A stretch of 63,097 nucleotides of DNA, filler included, from Chiloscyllium plagiosum (Eukaryota), in the NCBI RefSeq assembly GCF_004010195.1. It is 7 parts of 7 records of this genome, joined end to end, with 100 filler letters (N's around TTAATTAATTAA, not from the genome) between each part and the next. Parts side by side here need not be neighbours in the genome. Positions count along the whole stretch, not along the records: positions 1 to 28,575 come from NC_057718.1; 6 more parts are not named here. One strand, given 5' to 3'. Below the pieces are notes generated by a model. The model had not been told where the DNA came from, did no database searches, and worked only from the letters and a program-made list of their open reading frames with translations. The position numbers and the translations under genes were made by a program. Positions within the stretch are counted from its first letter, which is position 1; the number at the start of each line of letters is the position of its first letter. Shown in pieces: positions 13,127 to 26,122 of this stretch.

Positions 13127-13765
13127 GGTTATGGACTAGGTCAGACCACTCAAAACATTCTTGAACAGGCAAACCAGACCAGGACTTTGTAATTTATTTT
13201 GTTAAGTGTACAGTGAAAATTACCTTGAGTCAGTTAGCAAGGTTGACTACCATTTTTAAAATAGAAAAAAGTTTATTCATATAATTACAAATGAGATGTG
13301 AAAAGCAGAATAAAAGGACCTCTACAGAACTCAGTATATCCAAACTAGACTTAAGTATGCTGTTCTGAATATACACAACAGTCCCATAAGCAAACCCCCT
13401 TTAAAACACAGTACAAGAAAAAAAGTTAGATGCTTGCAGGTTGAAATTAGAAGGGCAGGACAGAGAGCTTCCACACAGCTCACCTGTTGAACTCCCAGCC
13501 AGTTCTGAACTGAATTAAACTGCTCAGCTCGAGAACTAACCACTCCCCTTTCATTATACAGGTCACTTCTAAGATGTGACCACTTTGGCCTGAAGTCTCA
13601 TCTGTTTATATATAAACAAAAAGCCCTCAATATCCTTTTCATCTCTGTACCAAACCAGACTGATTGGAGCCCAGCCTGCTTTATTTACCCTCTGAAAAAA
13701 AAAATCAAGGACTGAATCTCCTTGAGCCATGGAACAGCTTTTAGAAAAAAAAAAGCTTTGTGACA
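13127..13765 (-). repeat. 5' LTR of the Gmr1-like element
   Basis: Starts TGTCACA on the minus strand. Shares tatggactagg.cagaccactcaaaa and ctagacttaagtatgctgtt blocks with the 3' LTR. Confidence 0.8.
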
Positions 13766-14264
13766 CCTTGTAGGCTACTTCACTGTACAGAAGGTCTTGG
13801 GCTGGATGTTGGCAATGTGCCTAATGAATCAGCATTCATACCCCCCGGGGTAGGGGTGGGTGGAGGTGGAAAATGCAATCACAGGATCAACCCAGGAGAA
13901 CAAAGTCACTGAAAAAGGGCACATGTTACTTTGGCGATTTCTGTATGCTCAGCATTCCTTAACAGGACAGGCTCAGCAGTTCAGGGATCATTGCGCAGAT
14001 GATACAGTCAATTCAACCAAACACCATCTCACAAATGGCACTGGTAAAAAAAACAAAGATGATTTTAAACAAATACCACCACTGTAAAATACACAGAGAT
14101 AATATGTGCCGTTAATACATAATGGACAGTGGATTCCATACTTCAAAACCAAAAAAAAAACAAATTCCAATCAAAAACTATTGTATTTACTCATAGAATG
14201 TGTATTACAAAGACTGAATCTTGAGTCATGATGTGGAGGTGCTGTGTTGGAATGGGGTGGACTC

Positions 14265-14905
14265 GCACAGTCCTCAATCATCTCACACGCCAGCTCTACA
14301 GCAGACACCACATGCTTAAAATCCAGATAGAGTTCATATTCTCAGCTTGTGCTACAGTGGACCTGCTACAAGACACTGCCAAGCAGATGAGGCAATGGAA
14401 TTACACCATCCACATGCACATCAAGCACATAACTAAGAAGAGGAAACTGGAGAAATTCAGCATCACCACCAGCAGTCACCAAACCAGTACTATCAGAGGG
14501 AAATCCATCGTCCGGTCGAAGGGTGTCTAACTACACCCTTTGACTGGACAAAATTGAAGTTCTCAGCAGAGGGCTCAACTTCTGCCCCAATCCCAGAATG
14601 GACTCCATCGGTCTCTTAACAGACACAGAGGAATTCATCAGGAGAACGAGGCTCCGTGAATTCTTCCACGAACCCAAGGTGTCAACAATGAACCCAACGA
14701 GATAACCAACGAACTGGAACAGTCGACAGACAAATCCGTGGTGCAGTGACTAAAAAAGAAAGAGTCAAATAGGATCCCTCTCGAAGGCTGCTACCCGAGG
14801 CGTGACATGTACACTCAAGCCGTTAGGACATGTACTAATGCCAGATTCATCAGTCGTGTTCACAACATAGCGCAGAATATCACCCAAGCACAAGCAACTC
14901 CATCC
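14265..14905 (+). mobile_element. Degenerate Penelope-like 5' ORF fragment
   Basis: LSRGLNFCP...EEFIRR.RL.EFFH motif near 14560-14670, typical of the region upstream of Penelope RT. Confidence 0.55.
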
Positions 14906-17900
14906 ATGCAAGGGTCTGTTTCCATGCTGGACATCTCTATGACAGTTCAAATCCACCTTCCCCCATTTTTCTAGGGGGGGGGGGGGGGGGGAGGGGGGGG
15001 TGGCTCAGTCGTTAGCACTGTTGTCTCATAGCACCAAGGACCCGGGCTCGATTACACCCTCAGGCAACTCTCTGCACCTTCTCCCTGGGTCTGTGTGGGT
15101 TGCCTCTGGGTGCTCTGGTTTCCTCCCACAGTCCAACGTTGTACTGGTCAGGTGGATTTGCTATGGAAAATGCAGGGTTACAGGGATAGGATAGAGGACA
15201 GGGATAGGATAGCATTGGTGCAGATTCAATGGGCTGAACAAAATCCCTACAGCATGGAAAGAGGCTATCTCACCATCATAGAGTTGCTCACATAAAACTG
15301 AGCAACCTACCCATCAATAAAGGAAAAAGAATTGTAAAGTTTGAGGGTCAAGACCAATACACCCCTGAAAGTAGCTACAAAGAAACCAAAATATTTCAAA
15401 TGAAGTAAAAGTTCTTCCATGATGGACAGAAAATTTTCAAGTGGAGAAGTTAACCAAATTCCAAAACAAAAGTGAAAATCAAATTTCAGTTTTTCTCCCC
15501 CACAGCAATATACAATGTAGAAATAGAACAATGCACCAAACAGGTGCCAAAAATCCATTAAAGAAAAACTACTTTCTTCATCTGAAGAATCACTACCATC
15601 CCAAACTGTTTCTGGAGTTGCATCACAGATCATCAACATTGTTGTCATTGTGACATCATCATTCACCATGTTTCTGTATTCTTTAGGATCGCTGGTCCGG
15701 CCAGCAGTAATTGCCAAGAGGACGTTAAGACATTGCCACTGTTCTGGAATCACACCTAGGTCAGACCAGGTAAGGGCATTACTGAACCAGAATGGGTTTT
15801 CATGGCTGTGGTTATGTGGTTGTCATTGGGCTCCTCCAGATTAGTATTGTGAAGATTGTCAGATCAACTTTGATTTTATTGAACGACACAGCAGACTTGA
15901 TGGTCAGAATGGCCTACTCTTGCTCCTACAGGTGGTGCCTTGGTCTCATGTATTCACATACATAACAGGCCTGGTTATTTGGATAGAAACAGTGTCCAAG
16001 GGTATAAGGAAATTGATACTCATTTGAAAACACGTAGGCATGATGGGCCAAATGGCCTCTTCCTGTGCCATTACATTGTTGTGATTCTGTGTTGAGGAGC
16101 TAAACAGTTCGCCTCAAAGGAAATTGTCCATTTCTACAATGTAGGATTGTACCAGGACAAGTTTGATTCATCAGTGAGAAGGTTGCAAGTACAGAAAGTT
16201 TGGAATTTTGGCCACAAATCAACTTATCCGCAAGATCAACCAGTACTTGAGCATATATGGTAAAAGAAAACAAAATATTTATTTGGGAATTACTAAAATG
16301 TGATGCAGCATGGTAGTTCAGATTTCACAAATGATCATCTCAAATTGGTGCATGCAGCTTAACTCTGTGGAAGGACAAGGGCAGCAGGTATATGGGAACA
16401 CCACCCCCTGCAAGTTCTCTGAGCTACTCACCACCCTGACTTGGAATTATGTCGCTGTTCCTTCACTGTTGCTGGGTCAAAATCCTGGAACTCCCTTCCT
16501 AAGGGCATTGCTGGTCTACCTACAGCGCATTGACTGCGGCATTTGAAGATTTCCAATTTGATTTGATTTACTGTTGTCACATGTACCTTTCCCAAGGCAG
16601 CAAGAAGGGCAGGCCGGGTTAATGGGTGGACAACATTTGGTCCATTATATCCATTCTGTTCTGTTACTCTGAAGTACTTATATAAAGGTACAGTTTGTCT
16701 GGATAGCTTGCAAAACAATCCTTTTCACCGTATCTCAGTACATATGACAATAATATCTCAAATCAGTGATGCCACATCCTGAGGACAATTGGAAAAAAGG
16801 CAACCACATCTTTGCAGCCACCTAGAATTTAGAAATTTGAGTAGACCTTTCTGCCCATCGAGCCTGTCTATTGTTCAATATGATCATGGCCAGTTATCAC
16901 ATCAGCACCACTTTCCTGCACTGTTCCCATATTGCTTGATGTCATTACTCTCCAGAAATCTATCAATCTCTGTCTGAACCAAATTGAAATTCCACAGCTC
17001 GCTGAGGGTGGGGAATTCCAAAGATTCACCACCCTCCGAGTGAAGAAATTCCTACTTTTCCTCAGAGTTTTAAATGAAAATCCCCTTATCCCGTGGTTCC
17101 ATCCCCTGAGTCCTGAGCCACAGCCAGTGGAAAGATCTCTTCTGCATATACTCGAGAAGAGTTCAAATTCCTGAAACATGTTAAAGCTGCTTCTCTGAAC
17201 CGACAGTCACATATCACCATGACAAAATGTACAGTTTAGTGACATAAAAACCTTTAGGACTTCAACTGAAAATAATCCAAGTCAGGAAAGGATTTTTACC
17301 AATGAACTGGACTGAAAGTGCATGAAAATAATATCACAAGTCAGTGCATAATCATTGCTGGCCCTTAAGCATAGCCTAACACTCACCAAACAAAACAATC
17401 TATTCAGAGCACAGTAAAATGCACATGCAGTCCTAAGAGATTAACCCGTAAATCTAGTACTCGTGTGACATGCCAGCAAATTTTTAAAATGCTAAACCAT
17501 ACTCCTTCAAACAATTCTATCAATTGTTGCACTGCCAGGATGCTGAAAGGTAAACTAATGAGACCTCCGGCTCTTTTGTCTAGCAATTTCAGTTCTCTGA
17601 AAACACCAGTCAAGAAAGAGCAAGCGTCATCGGAACTTCCTCCCCTCCCTCTAACCTCTGGTGTAACAGCAAGACTGGTCTAAGGAAACTGTAAACATTG
17701 AACAGCAGAACAACAAGATAACACCATAGATCACACTTGCCTAACCAAACCACAGTAACCCACCATCTGTAGAGAGATGTTTCATTACATGCATCTCAGT
17801 GTAACCAGGCAAGAACAAAAACAAACCCATCTAAGTAAAACTTTCCTTTCTCCCATTTGCCCAACAGGTTCAGATTTAATCATGTGCTGTTTGGCACCTT

Positions 17901-18998
17901 TTTAAAAAGGAGCTTTATTCGCTGGAGATGGGAATGCTGCAAAACGTAAAATTTAAAAAAAATACCTCCAGGGAGCTATGTTGTTTTAAAGCTGCTTGAT
18001 TCACAGTTAACTTCATCTAAGAAATGTAAAAGTCAAAGTTAGTATTAGAGAGAAAACCGCCCATGGCAAAGGAATGGAGATGTTTGAGGGAGAACGATCC
18101 TAGATTTAATACTTGCGGAGTTACTGGATTACAGATGGTGTAGTGGCCAGGGCACCCATCCAAAAGAACAGAAACAAAACAGAGCAATGTTTGTATCCTT
18201 AACGATCAGGGAGAAATTTCACAATGTTTAAAACTGGCCTCTTGCCTGCTCGCTTCTTCCCATGGGCAGGAATTCAGGATCTGACTACACTCCATCCTCA
18301 AAGTAAGAGATGACGGCAGTCATGCCCTAAGCTGCCTCAGGCCTAAGCTCTCACATTCCCTCCACTTAACACTGCTCCTTACCTTGACCTCTCATCCTCA
18401 GCATTTGGTCACCAGTCCTGCTATCTCTTTTTGTAATTTGCTGTTTAACCTTGCCCGATAAAGCAACTTGCAGTATTTTACAACGTCAATGATTACAAAT
18501 AAAATGCAAAATGCTGTATACATAACCAAGTTTGTTTGACGAATCAGAGGCTGGAACTATTTCCCCCCGGAGTATCGGAGGGTGATGGGGTGGCCTTATA
18601 GAGGTTGATAAAATCAAAAGACCATAGATAAGGTGAACAGCCGAGGTCTTTTCTCAAGGTTAGGGGAGTCAAAGTGGGACTGAGGGGTAACCTTTTCCGC
18701 ACAGAGAGTAGTGCATGTATGGGATGCCAGAGGAAATGGTAGAAGTGGGTACAATTACAACGTTAAAAGACACTTGGATAGGAAAGGGAAAAGGGCCAAA
18801 CACAGGTAAGCGGGAGGAGTTCAGTTTGGGAAGCCGAGTCAGCATGAACAAGTTGGGCTGCAGAGCCTGTTTCTGTGCTGTATGATTCAAAGAACATTGC
18901 AATTATCCCTTTTTGTATGGCATTAAACAAAGATTACAACATAGGAAGATTTTATTCAGTCCATAGATCCATGCTGGCTCTCTGTTGATCAGTCTCAC

Positions 18999-20370
18999 AG
19001 AACATAGAACAATACAGCACAGAACAGGCCCTTCGGCCCACGATGTTGTGCCGAACATTTGTCCTAGCTTAAGCACCCATCCATGTACCTATCCAATTGT
19101 CGGTTAAAGGTCACCAAAGATTCTGACTCTACCACTCCCACAGGCAGCGCATTCCATGCCCCCACCACTCTCTGGGTAAAGAGCCCACCCCTGACATCTC
19201 CCCTATACCTTCCACCCTTCACCTTAAATTTATGTCCCCTTGTAACACTCTGTTGTACCCGGGGAAAACGTTTCTGACTGTCTACTCTATCTGTTCCTCT
19301 GATCANNNNNNNNNNNNNNNNNNNNNNNNNNNNNNNNNNNNNNNNNNNNNNNNNNNNNNNNNNNNNNNNNNNNNNNNNNNNNNNNNNNNNNNNNNNNNNN
19401 NNNNNNNNNNNNNNNNNNNNNNNNNNNNNNNNNNNNNNNNNNNNNNNNNNNNNNNNNNNNNNNNNNNNNNNNNNNNNNNNNNNNNNNNNNNNNNNNNNNN
19501 NNNNNNNNNNNNNNNNNNNNNNNNNNNNNNNNNNNNNNNNNNNNNNNNNNNNNNNNNNNNNNNNNNNNNNNNNNNNNNNNNNNNNNNNNNNNNNNNNNNN
19601 NNNNNNNNNNNNNNNNNNNNNNNNNNNNNNNNNNNNNNNNNNNNNNNNNNNNNNNNNNNNNNNNNNNNNNNNNNNNNNNNNNNNNNNNNNNNNNNNNNNN
19701 NNNNNNNNNNNNNNNNNNNNNNNNNNNNNNNNNNNNNNNNNNNNNNNNNNNNNNNNNNNNNNNNNNNNNNNNNNNNNNNNNNNNNNNNNNNNNNNNNNNN
19801 NNNNNNNNNNNNNNNNNNNNNNNNNNNNNNNNNNNNNNNNNNNNNNNNNNNNNNNNNNNNNNNNNNNNNNNNNNNNNNNNNNNNNNNNNNNNNNNNNNNN
19901 NNNNNNNNNNNNNNNNNNNNNNNNNNNNNNCCTACCACCAAAGTAAGACTAACTGGCCTGTAATTCCCGGGGTTATCCCTATTCCCTTTTTTGAACAGGG
20001 GCACAACATTCGCCACTCTCCAGTTCCCTGGTACCACCTCCATTGACAGTGAAGACGAAAAGATCATTGCCAACGGTACTACAATTTCCTCTCTTGCTTC
20101 CCACATAATCCTAGGATATATCCCGTCAGGCCCGGGGGACTTGTCTATCCTCAAGTTGTTCAAAATGTCCAACACATCTTCCTTCCTAACAAGTATCTCC
20201 TCTAGCTTACCAGTCCGTTTCACACTGTCCTCTTCAACAATACGGTTCCTCTCATGCGTAAATACTGAAGAAAAGTACTCATTCAAGACCTCTCCTATCT
20301 CTTCCGACTCAATACACAGTCTCCCACTGCTGTCCTTGATCGGACCTACCCTCGTTCTCGTCATTCTCAT
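18999..20370 (-). mobile_element. CR1-type LINE fragment spanning an N gap
   Basis: KSPGPDGIYPR...WRVANVVPLFKKG...NYRPVSLT (19931-20370). The 3' end at 18999-19305 is near-identical to 28381-28575. Confidence 0.85.
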
Positions 20371-22544
20371 TATCCATTTTACCCCAACCCATCAACTGTT
20401 TCCCAAAAGCAGTCACTTTATTTTTCGTAGTGATCCAGGTCCCCTACTCATTCTTCTACATGTCATGGTCTTGCACTTTCTTCGTCAGTTGTTCATAGCA
20501 GTTGTAAGGAAGGGTCACTCAACCAGAAACACTAACCCGGATTTGTCTCCACAGATGCTGCCAGACCTGCTGAGCTTTTCCAGCAATTTCTATGTTGGCC
20601 TGTAGGAATCTCTCATTTTCAATTCTAAGTTGTCTAATATCGTCATTCTCTTTCATTGAAATGAGATTAGATGATGTAGGCAATCACATCCATCAGCAAG
20701 CTCTCCTGTTTAGAATGTGGCAACCCAGCCTTATTGCCTCTTCATGATAATCACGAACGACCTGCCCCTCCATCATCATTCTAGGCATGTTCTTCAATGT
20801 GCTTGTGTTCTCTCCAACTAACCTGCTCCATCCTTTCCCAGAACCACATTTCATAACATCCTACTCTTTAGATGTCCATCATTATGAAAGTTCATATTTC
20901 AGGTCCATACAACAAGTGACTCTGAACCATGTCTTGATCATTCTATTCTTAACATCTCTGCACACAGACATAGTGCATAATTCTTTAAGCTTCGAGATTG
21001 CAGAATTTACTGTGATTCCACAATGATTTCTTTACCACAAAACCCTCTCCAAGTATTTGAATTGTGTTCCAGTTTTGACCACACACCTTCATTTCCTAAC
21101 AATAGTCATACCAGACTCAAGACATTAACTTTGTTTTTCATTCCACAGATGCTGCCAGATCTGCTGAGTTTCTCCAACATTCTCTGTGCTTGTTTTAGAT
21201 TTCTAGCACCTGCATTATTTTGCGTTTACTTAAGTGCTTTACATCTGCTTTCCCATTAATATTTATTATAACCTTTACAAATTTTGTCTTTTATGCATTA
21301 ATATTTATTCCATAAGTATAATCCAATTTCCTCTTAGAATCATTCGTTGACCCTGCTTCTCAATGGCAGCACATTCCAGGTCATAACCACTCACTGATTC
21401 TTCATCACATTCCCCTGAATCTCTTATCCAGGATCTTAAATCCTTGAACCATGAACTAACAGGAACTAGTGTTTCATTGAAGCCTGTCATTTTTTTTTAC
21501 ATCTTGTTCAAAAACTCCTCTCAATCTTCTTTACTCCAAAAAAAGGAGAATAATTCCAATGTTTCCAATTTGATCTTTCATCTAAAACCTCATCCAATGC
21601 TGGAACCATTCTTGTCAAAGCCTTTCAGGGATCCATGCACTCTTCCCAAAGTGTGGTGACTAGAATAATAATAGCACAACGCTCTTGATGTGACCTAAGC
21701 AGAGGCTCAGAGGCATTCAGTATAACTTCACTGCTTCTGGACTCAATCCCTTCAATTATGAAGGCCAAGATTGCAAAAGCTTTGTTAGTTATTATCCCAA
21801 TAAGTCCTGCTACTTCCAAAGACCAACGCACATGAACCTGCAGGCACCTCTATCCCTGCACAATGAACCATGCAAAAGAGTGACATTTTTGACCTCCTTT
21901 CGAGCAAACAACCCACTGTATATTAACCTATCCCATTCCCAAATCCCCCACATTCATCTAGCCAGTCCAAACTTATGTGCTGACATAGTGGGAGAGACTG
22001 GAACAAATCTCACAAATGAAACCTGCAGGCTTACAACTTTATGCCCTCAGCTCAAAGCCATTTACATTGCATCTTGTACCCATGGTATCTCAATTACAGA
22101 AATTAAAAAAAAACTCCACCTCAATTCTCTCCTATCCCATCCTTTAATAATTTCAAACAATTCTCGTAACCATTTTTTTTGTTTTAAAGCATCTCAGGTT
22201 TTTCAAGTTTCTTTTTGTATGAGTGTCCTTGTACGATGCAGCATCCCAGTGAACGTGCACTGTATCCTCACTAAAGCCTCAATACACTTTTTACAGTGGA
22301 GCTCACTGCAACACAAGTTATTCTTGTGTACCTCCCTAATGTTTTACACAGACTCACTGATTTTCAGATTGTGATAAAAACATGTTCAGATTGTGGAAAA
22401 AAAACCATAACTTGGGTTTGTTTTTCTCAGAAAAGAGTAAACTTTCTTCCATTCCAGCTTTTCATATTCTGAAAACCTGTCCCCATCAAACACACAATAA
22501 ATTCCCAACAGCCAACTCCCATTCACAATAACTACTGGGCGGCC

Positions 22545-22827
22545 TCTCACAGCGCCAGAAACCAGGGTTCAATTCCCGCCTCAGGCAACTGTCTGTGTGG
22601 AGTTTGCACATTCTCCCAGTGTCTGCGTGGGTTTCCTCCGGGTGCTCTGGTTTCCTCCCACAGTCCAAAAATGTGCAGGTCAGGTGAACTGGCCATGCTA
22701 AATTGCCCGTAATGTTAGGTGAAGGGGTAAATGTAGGGGAATGGGTCTGGGTGGGCTGCTCTTCAAAGGGTCAGTGTGGACTTGTTGGGCTGAAGGGCCT
22801 GTTTCCACACTAAGTTATCTATCTAAT
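22545..22827 (+). mobile_element. HE1-type SINE, 5'-truncated
   Basis: B-box GGTTCAATTCC and a core similar to 3048-3363. Confidence 0.8.
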
Positions 22828-24903
22828 AATGTCATGTCTCTTTAAAAAAAACCTTAAACATTTCAGTGTCTTGCCCCATACTATTGAGAACCCAATGTAT
22901 GTTCCTTTGGACTTTCCAAAACAAAAAGATTATAGACAGACTTCTAAACAATTGAAGAGTCGAGGGTTATATGGAACAGGCAGGAGAGTGGAGTTGAATC
23001 CAACAGCGGACCAGCCATTATCTTCGTGAATTACAAGGCACCACTCAAAGGGCCAAGGACCTATCCCTGCTACTGCTTATTTAATTTTTAATTACATAGA
23101 CTTTTTTTTAAAATGATGTTTACTAATCAGAGCCACTCCCAAAAACCTGATAGCCATGCTCAGTAGAAAATGTTCCCAAAACTCAACCCTGCTTCTTTTT
23201 TCCTCTTTCTCTACTTTGGAAGGACTATAATACGGAACTTTCACTTTTTTTTCTTTAATTTTCTAAGTTATACCTAAGATTTAGTACCCGGGCACCTTTG
23301 GTGCAGTAAGTGGCAACTTTGTACACTTTACACTGCACTCTTTTATTCCTATAGTTGAGTACACGTGACAGTAAAACCAAATTCTAAAACCTAATTCTAC
23401 ATTCTACACAGTCACTTCCAAACATTAATTAAAATGACCTTCATTTCTTCCCACTAATCAAGTTTTAAATAGAGTTTGTTACTCAGCCGCTAATTTAATT
23501 CTTCTTTAATCTGTCGTAGTTATCTCCCGTGTGACAACTTGCCGCATGCTTTCCTATTGCCCAATTCGCTAAATCTCAACCTACACCATCAAAAGGAAAT
23601 CCAACAGGTTTCACAAAGCACACACTGTCCTTTTTGAAAACAATTTCCTCTTTACATTAAAATAATCAAAATACTAGGGCATTCAACTCAGGAAAAAAGA
23701 ACACAGAAAACGCTGAAGACTGGGGAGTGAAACAGATCTCATGTTAGGATTTCTGGAGAAGTGTCACTGGACCCAAAACTTAATTCTGATACACTCCCAA
23801 AAGACGCTGCCAGATCTCCTCAGATCCTCTTTATGCTGCTGTGTGCTAATGTCATTCTTCAAGGCTGAGGTTTCTCCTACTACAGATGCTATGTTAACTG
23901 GGCTGCAATTATACATTTCAGCTCAACCTTGTTTCTTAAAAATAAACTGTGGTTTCTTAGCTTCCTCAGGCAATGTAACAAAGGTCACAGGACCCCACAA
24001 TCTGCACGTATTAGGTGATAAGATCTTTAAACTGGGAGCAGTTAAGAAAGTGACCAAATTCAAGGTAGTGAACCAGATAGGTTTTTCTCAACAATCAGCA
24101 TCCATAGTCATCCACTAAACTTTTAATTCCACATTTTCAAATTCAAGTTCCACCAGCTGCCATGGCAGGATTCGAACCCAGGTCCCCAAAGCATTCCCTG
24201 GGTCTCTGGATTAACAGCCCAGCAATAATATCACTGGGCCATCACCTTTCTCAATTATTAAACTGATCTAATAATCCGCCACTAGATTTTTCTACTTTTT
24301 CCCCGTAACTCTTGATTCCCTTACTGATTAAAAATCTGTCCATCTCAGCCTTGAATATACTAAATGACCCAGCCTCGACAGGTCTCTGTTGTAAAGAATT
24401 CCACAGATTCACTGCCAGAGAAGAAATTCCTTCTCATCTCTGTCTTAAATGTGCAATCTCTCATTCTGAGATTATACCCTCCAGGCCTAGATTATCCCAC
24501 AAGTGGAAACGACTGGTGTGCATCTACCCTGTTAACTCCTCTAAGAATCTTGTATGTTTCAATATGGTTTCCTCTAATTTTTCTAAACTCCAACAAGTAT
24601 AGGCCCAACCTGTTCAACCTGTCCTCATAAGACAGTTACCCATACCTGTTATCAGCCAAGTGAACTGCTTCCTGGACTGCATCCTTTGTCTCTTCCTGTT
24701 CCATTCCCGGTATTATTCAAATAGATGTCCCGTAATTTTGTCAAATCCCCTTGCTGTATAAGCCTTCATTTCCCTCTCCCAAACCCGGCCCCCTAGTTAA
24801 TTTAAAATACCTCTCTACAACCTTAGTTGTTCGATTCATCTTGATACTGATCCCATTGGTGTTCTGCAGCTCCCACATGTTGCAGCACCAATTTAACTTT
24901 TTG

Positions 24904-25214
24904 ATTAGATTAGATTACATTACAGTGTGGAAACAGGCCCTTCGGCCCAACAAGTCCACACCGACCCGCCGAAGCGCAACCCACCTCATGCCCCTACATT
25001 TACCCCTTCACCTAACACTACGGCCAATTTAGCATGGCCAGTTCACCTGACCTGCACATCTTTGGACTGTGGGAGGAAACCGGAGCACCCGGAGGAAACC
25101 CACGCAGACACGGGGAGAAGGTGCAAATTCTACACAGTCAGTTGCCTGGGGCGGGAATTGAACCCGGGTCTCTGGCGCTGTGAGGCAGCAGTGCTAACCA
25201 CTGTGCCCCGTGCC
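24904..25214 (-). mobile_element. HE1-type SINE
   Basis: Near-identical to 3048-3363. Confidence 0.85.
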
Positions 25215-25479
25215 ATTTTAGATTATTTAGTCAAGTGTTTACACTTCACTGTCCCAATATATTGTGTTTATAAACCAAAAAGAGAAAAAACCTTCAGTAT
25301 CAATCCAATATGGAAGAATATTTCTTTTAGAAGGAAGAAAACAGTGCAGACCAAAACATAAACCAAAAACCTGATGTTTACTTTCATGACTAGAAATATT
25401 CACTAGTCCTACTTCCCTGTCAGCTGCTTTCCCCACCCTTCTACCATCTGTGGTTTGTGTTGTGTCTCTGTCACTGTCT

Positions 25480-26060
25480 CACCTACCACCCCACCAATCT
25501 CCATGTACAGCGCATCATCCGCCGTCACTTCCGCCACCTCCAAACAGACCCCAGCACCAAGGATATATTTCCCTCCCCTCCCCTATCAGCTTTCCGTAGA
25601 GACCACTCCCTCCGCGACTCCCTTGTCAGATCCACAGAGTCTGGCGATTCTTCATCAGAACTGTTAACAGCTCAGGAAAGGTGGTAATATATTGAAGTGA
25701 CGTTTGTGGGAAGGGGTTGGTCTTGCACAAGGTGACTTACTTGCCGATTTACTTCCTCCAACCTCAGTATCCAAGGCCTCAGGCACACCTTCCAGGTGAA
25801 GCAGCAGCTTACCTGCACTTCTCTCAACTCATTTATTTCATTCACTGCTCAGAATGTGGTCTCCTGTATATCGGGGGAGATGAAACACAGATTTGATGAC
25901 CGCTTTGCTGAACACCTACACTCTGTCTGTAAAACATGACCCAGAGTTTCCCACTGCCTCCACTTCAACACACCACTGTGTTCCTACACCAACATTTCTG
26001 TCCCAGATCTGTTGCAGTGTTCCTTAACGCAAGTTCAAAGAACAACACTTCATTTTCCAT
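25480..26060 (+). mobile_element. Penelope-like 3' fragment (end of RT to GIY-YIG)
   Basis: LTYHPTNLHVQRIIRRHFRHLQTDP...AFRRDHSLRDSLVRS, followed by a decayed C..CGLLYIGE motif. Confidence 0.7.
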
Positions 26061-26086
26061 CTTCTCCTGCTGAACACTCTCTGCTC

Positions 26087-26122
26087 ATTCCTGAAGAAGG
26101 GCCTGTGCCCGAAACGTCGAAT
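26087..26122 (+). ncRNA. Minimal type I hammerhead ribozyme motif within a Penelope-derived repeat
   Basis: ATTC-CTGAAGA-A-GGGC-CTGT-GCCC-GAAA-CG-TC-GAAT. Stem I ATTC/GAAT, CUGANGA core, stem II, GAAA, palindromic ACGT and a GUC cleavage triplet. Confidence 0.7.

Larger units (their letters stand above)
7214..13765 (-). mobile_element. Full-length degenerate Ty3/Gypsy LTR retrotransposon, Gmr1-like (gag-PR-INT-RT-RH order)
   Basis: Two homologous LTRs (7214-7991 and about 13127-13765). 4-bp TSD CCTT (7210-7213 and 13766-13769). tRNA-Pro-like PBS and a PPT. RT (VYIDD, MPFGMKNAPATF, about 8780-9400), RNase H (DASDVG, 8211-8567) and integrase (about 9700-10750). Confidence 0.85.

Noticed and set aside
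15307-15753. 148-aa minus-strand ORF and other exon-like stretches near 17965-18200 and 22348-22476
   Set aside because: No recognisable domain, and I could not assemble a phase-consistent gene model.
19232-19963. Long ORFs crossing N runs (also 56535-57238)
   Set aside because: They are open only because of N bases.
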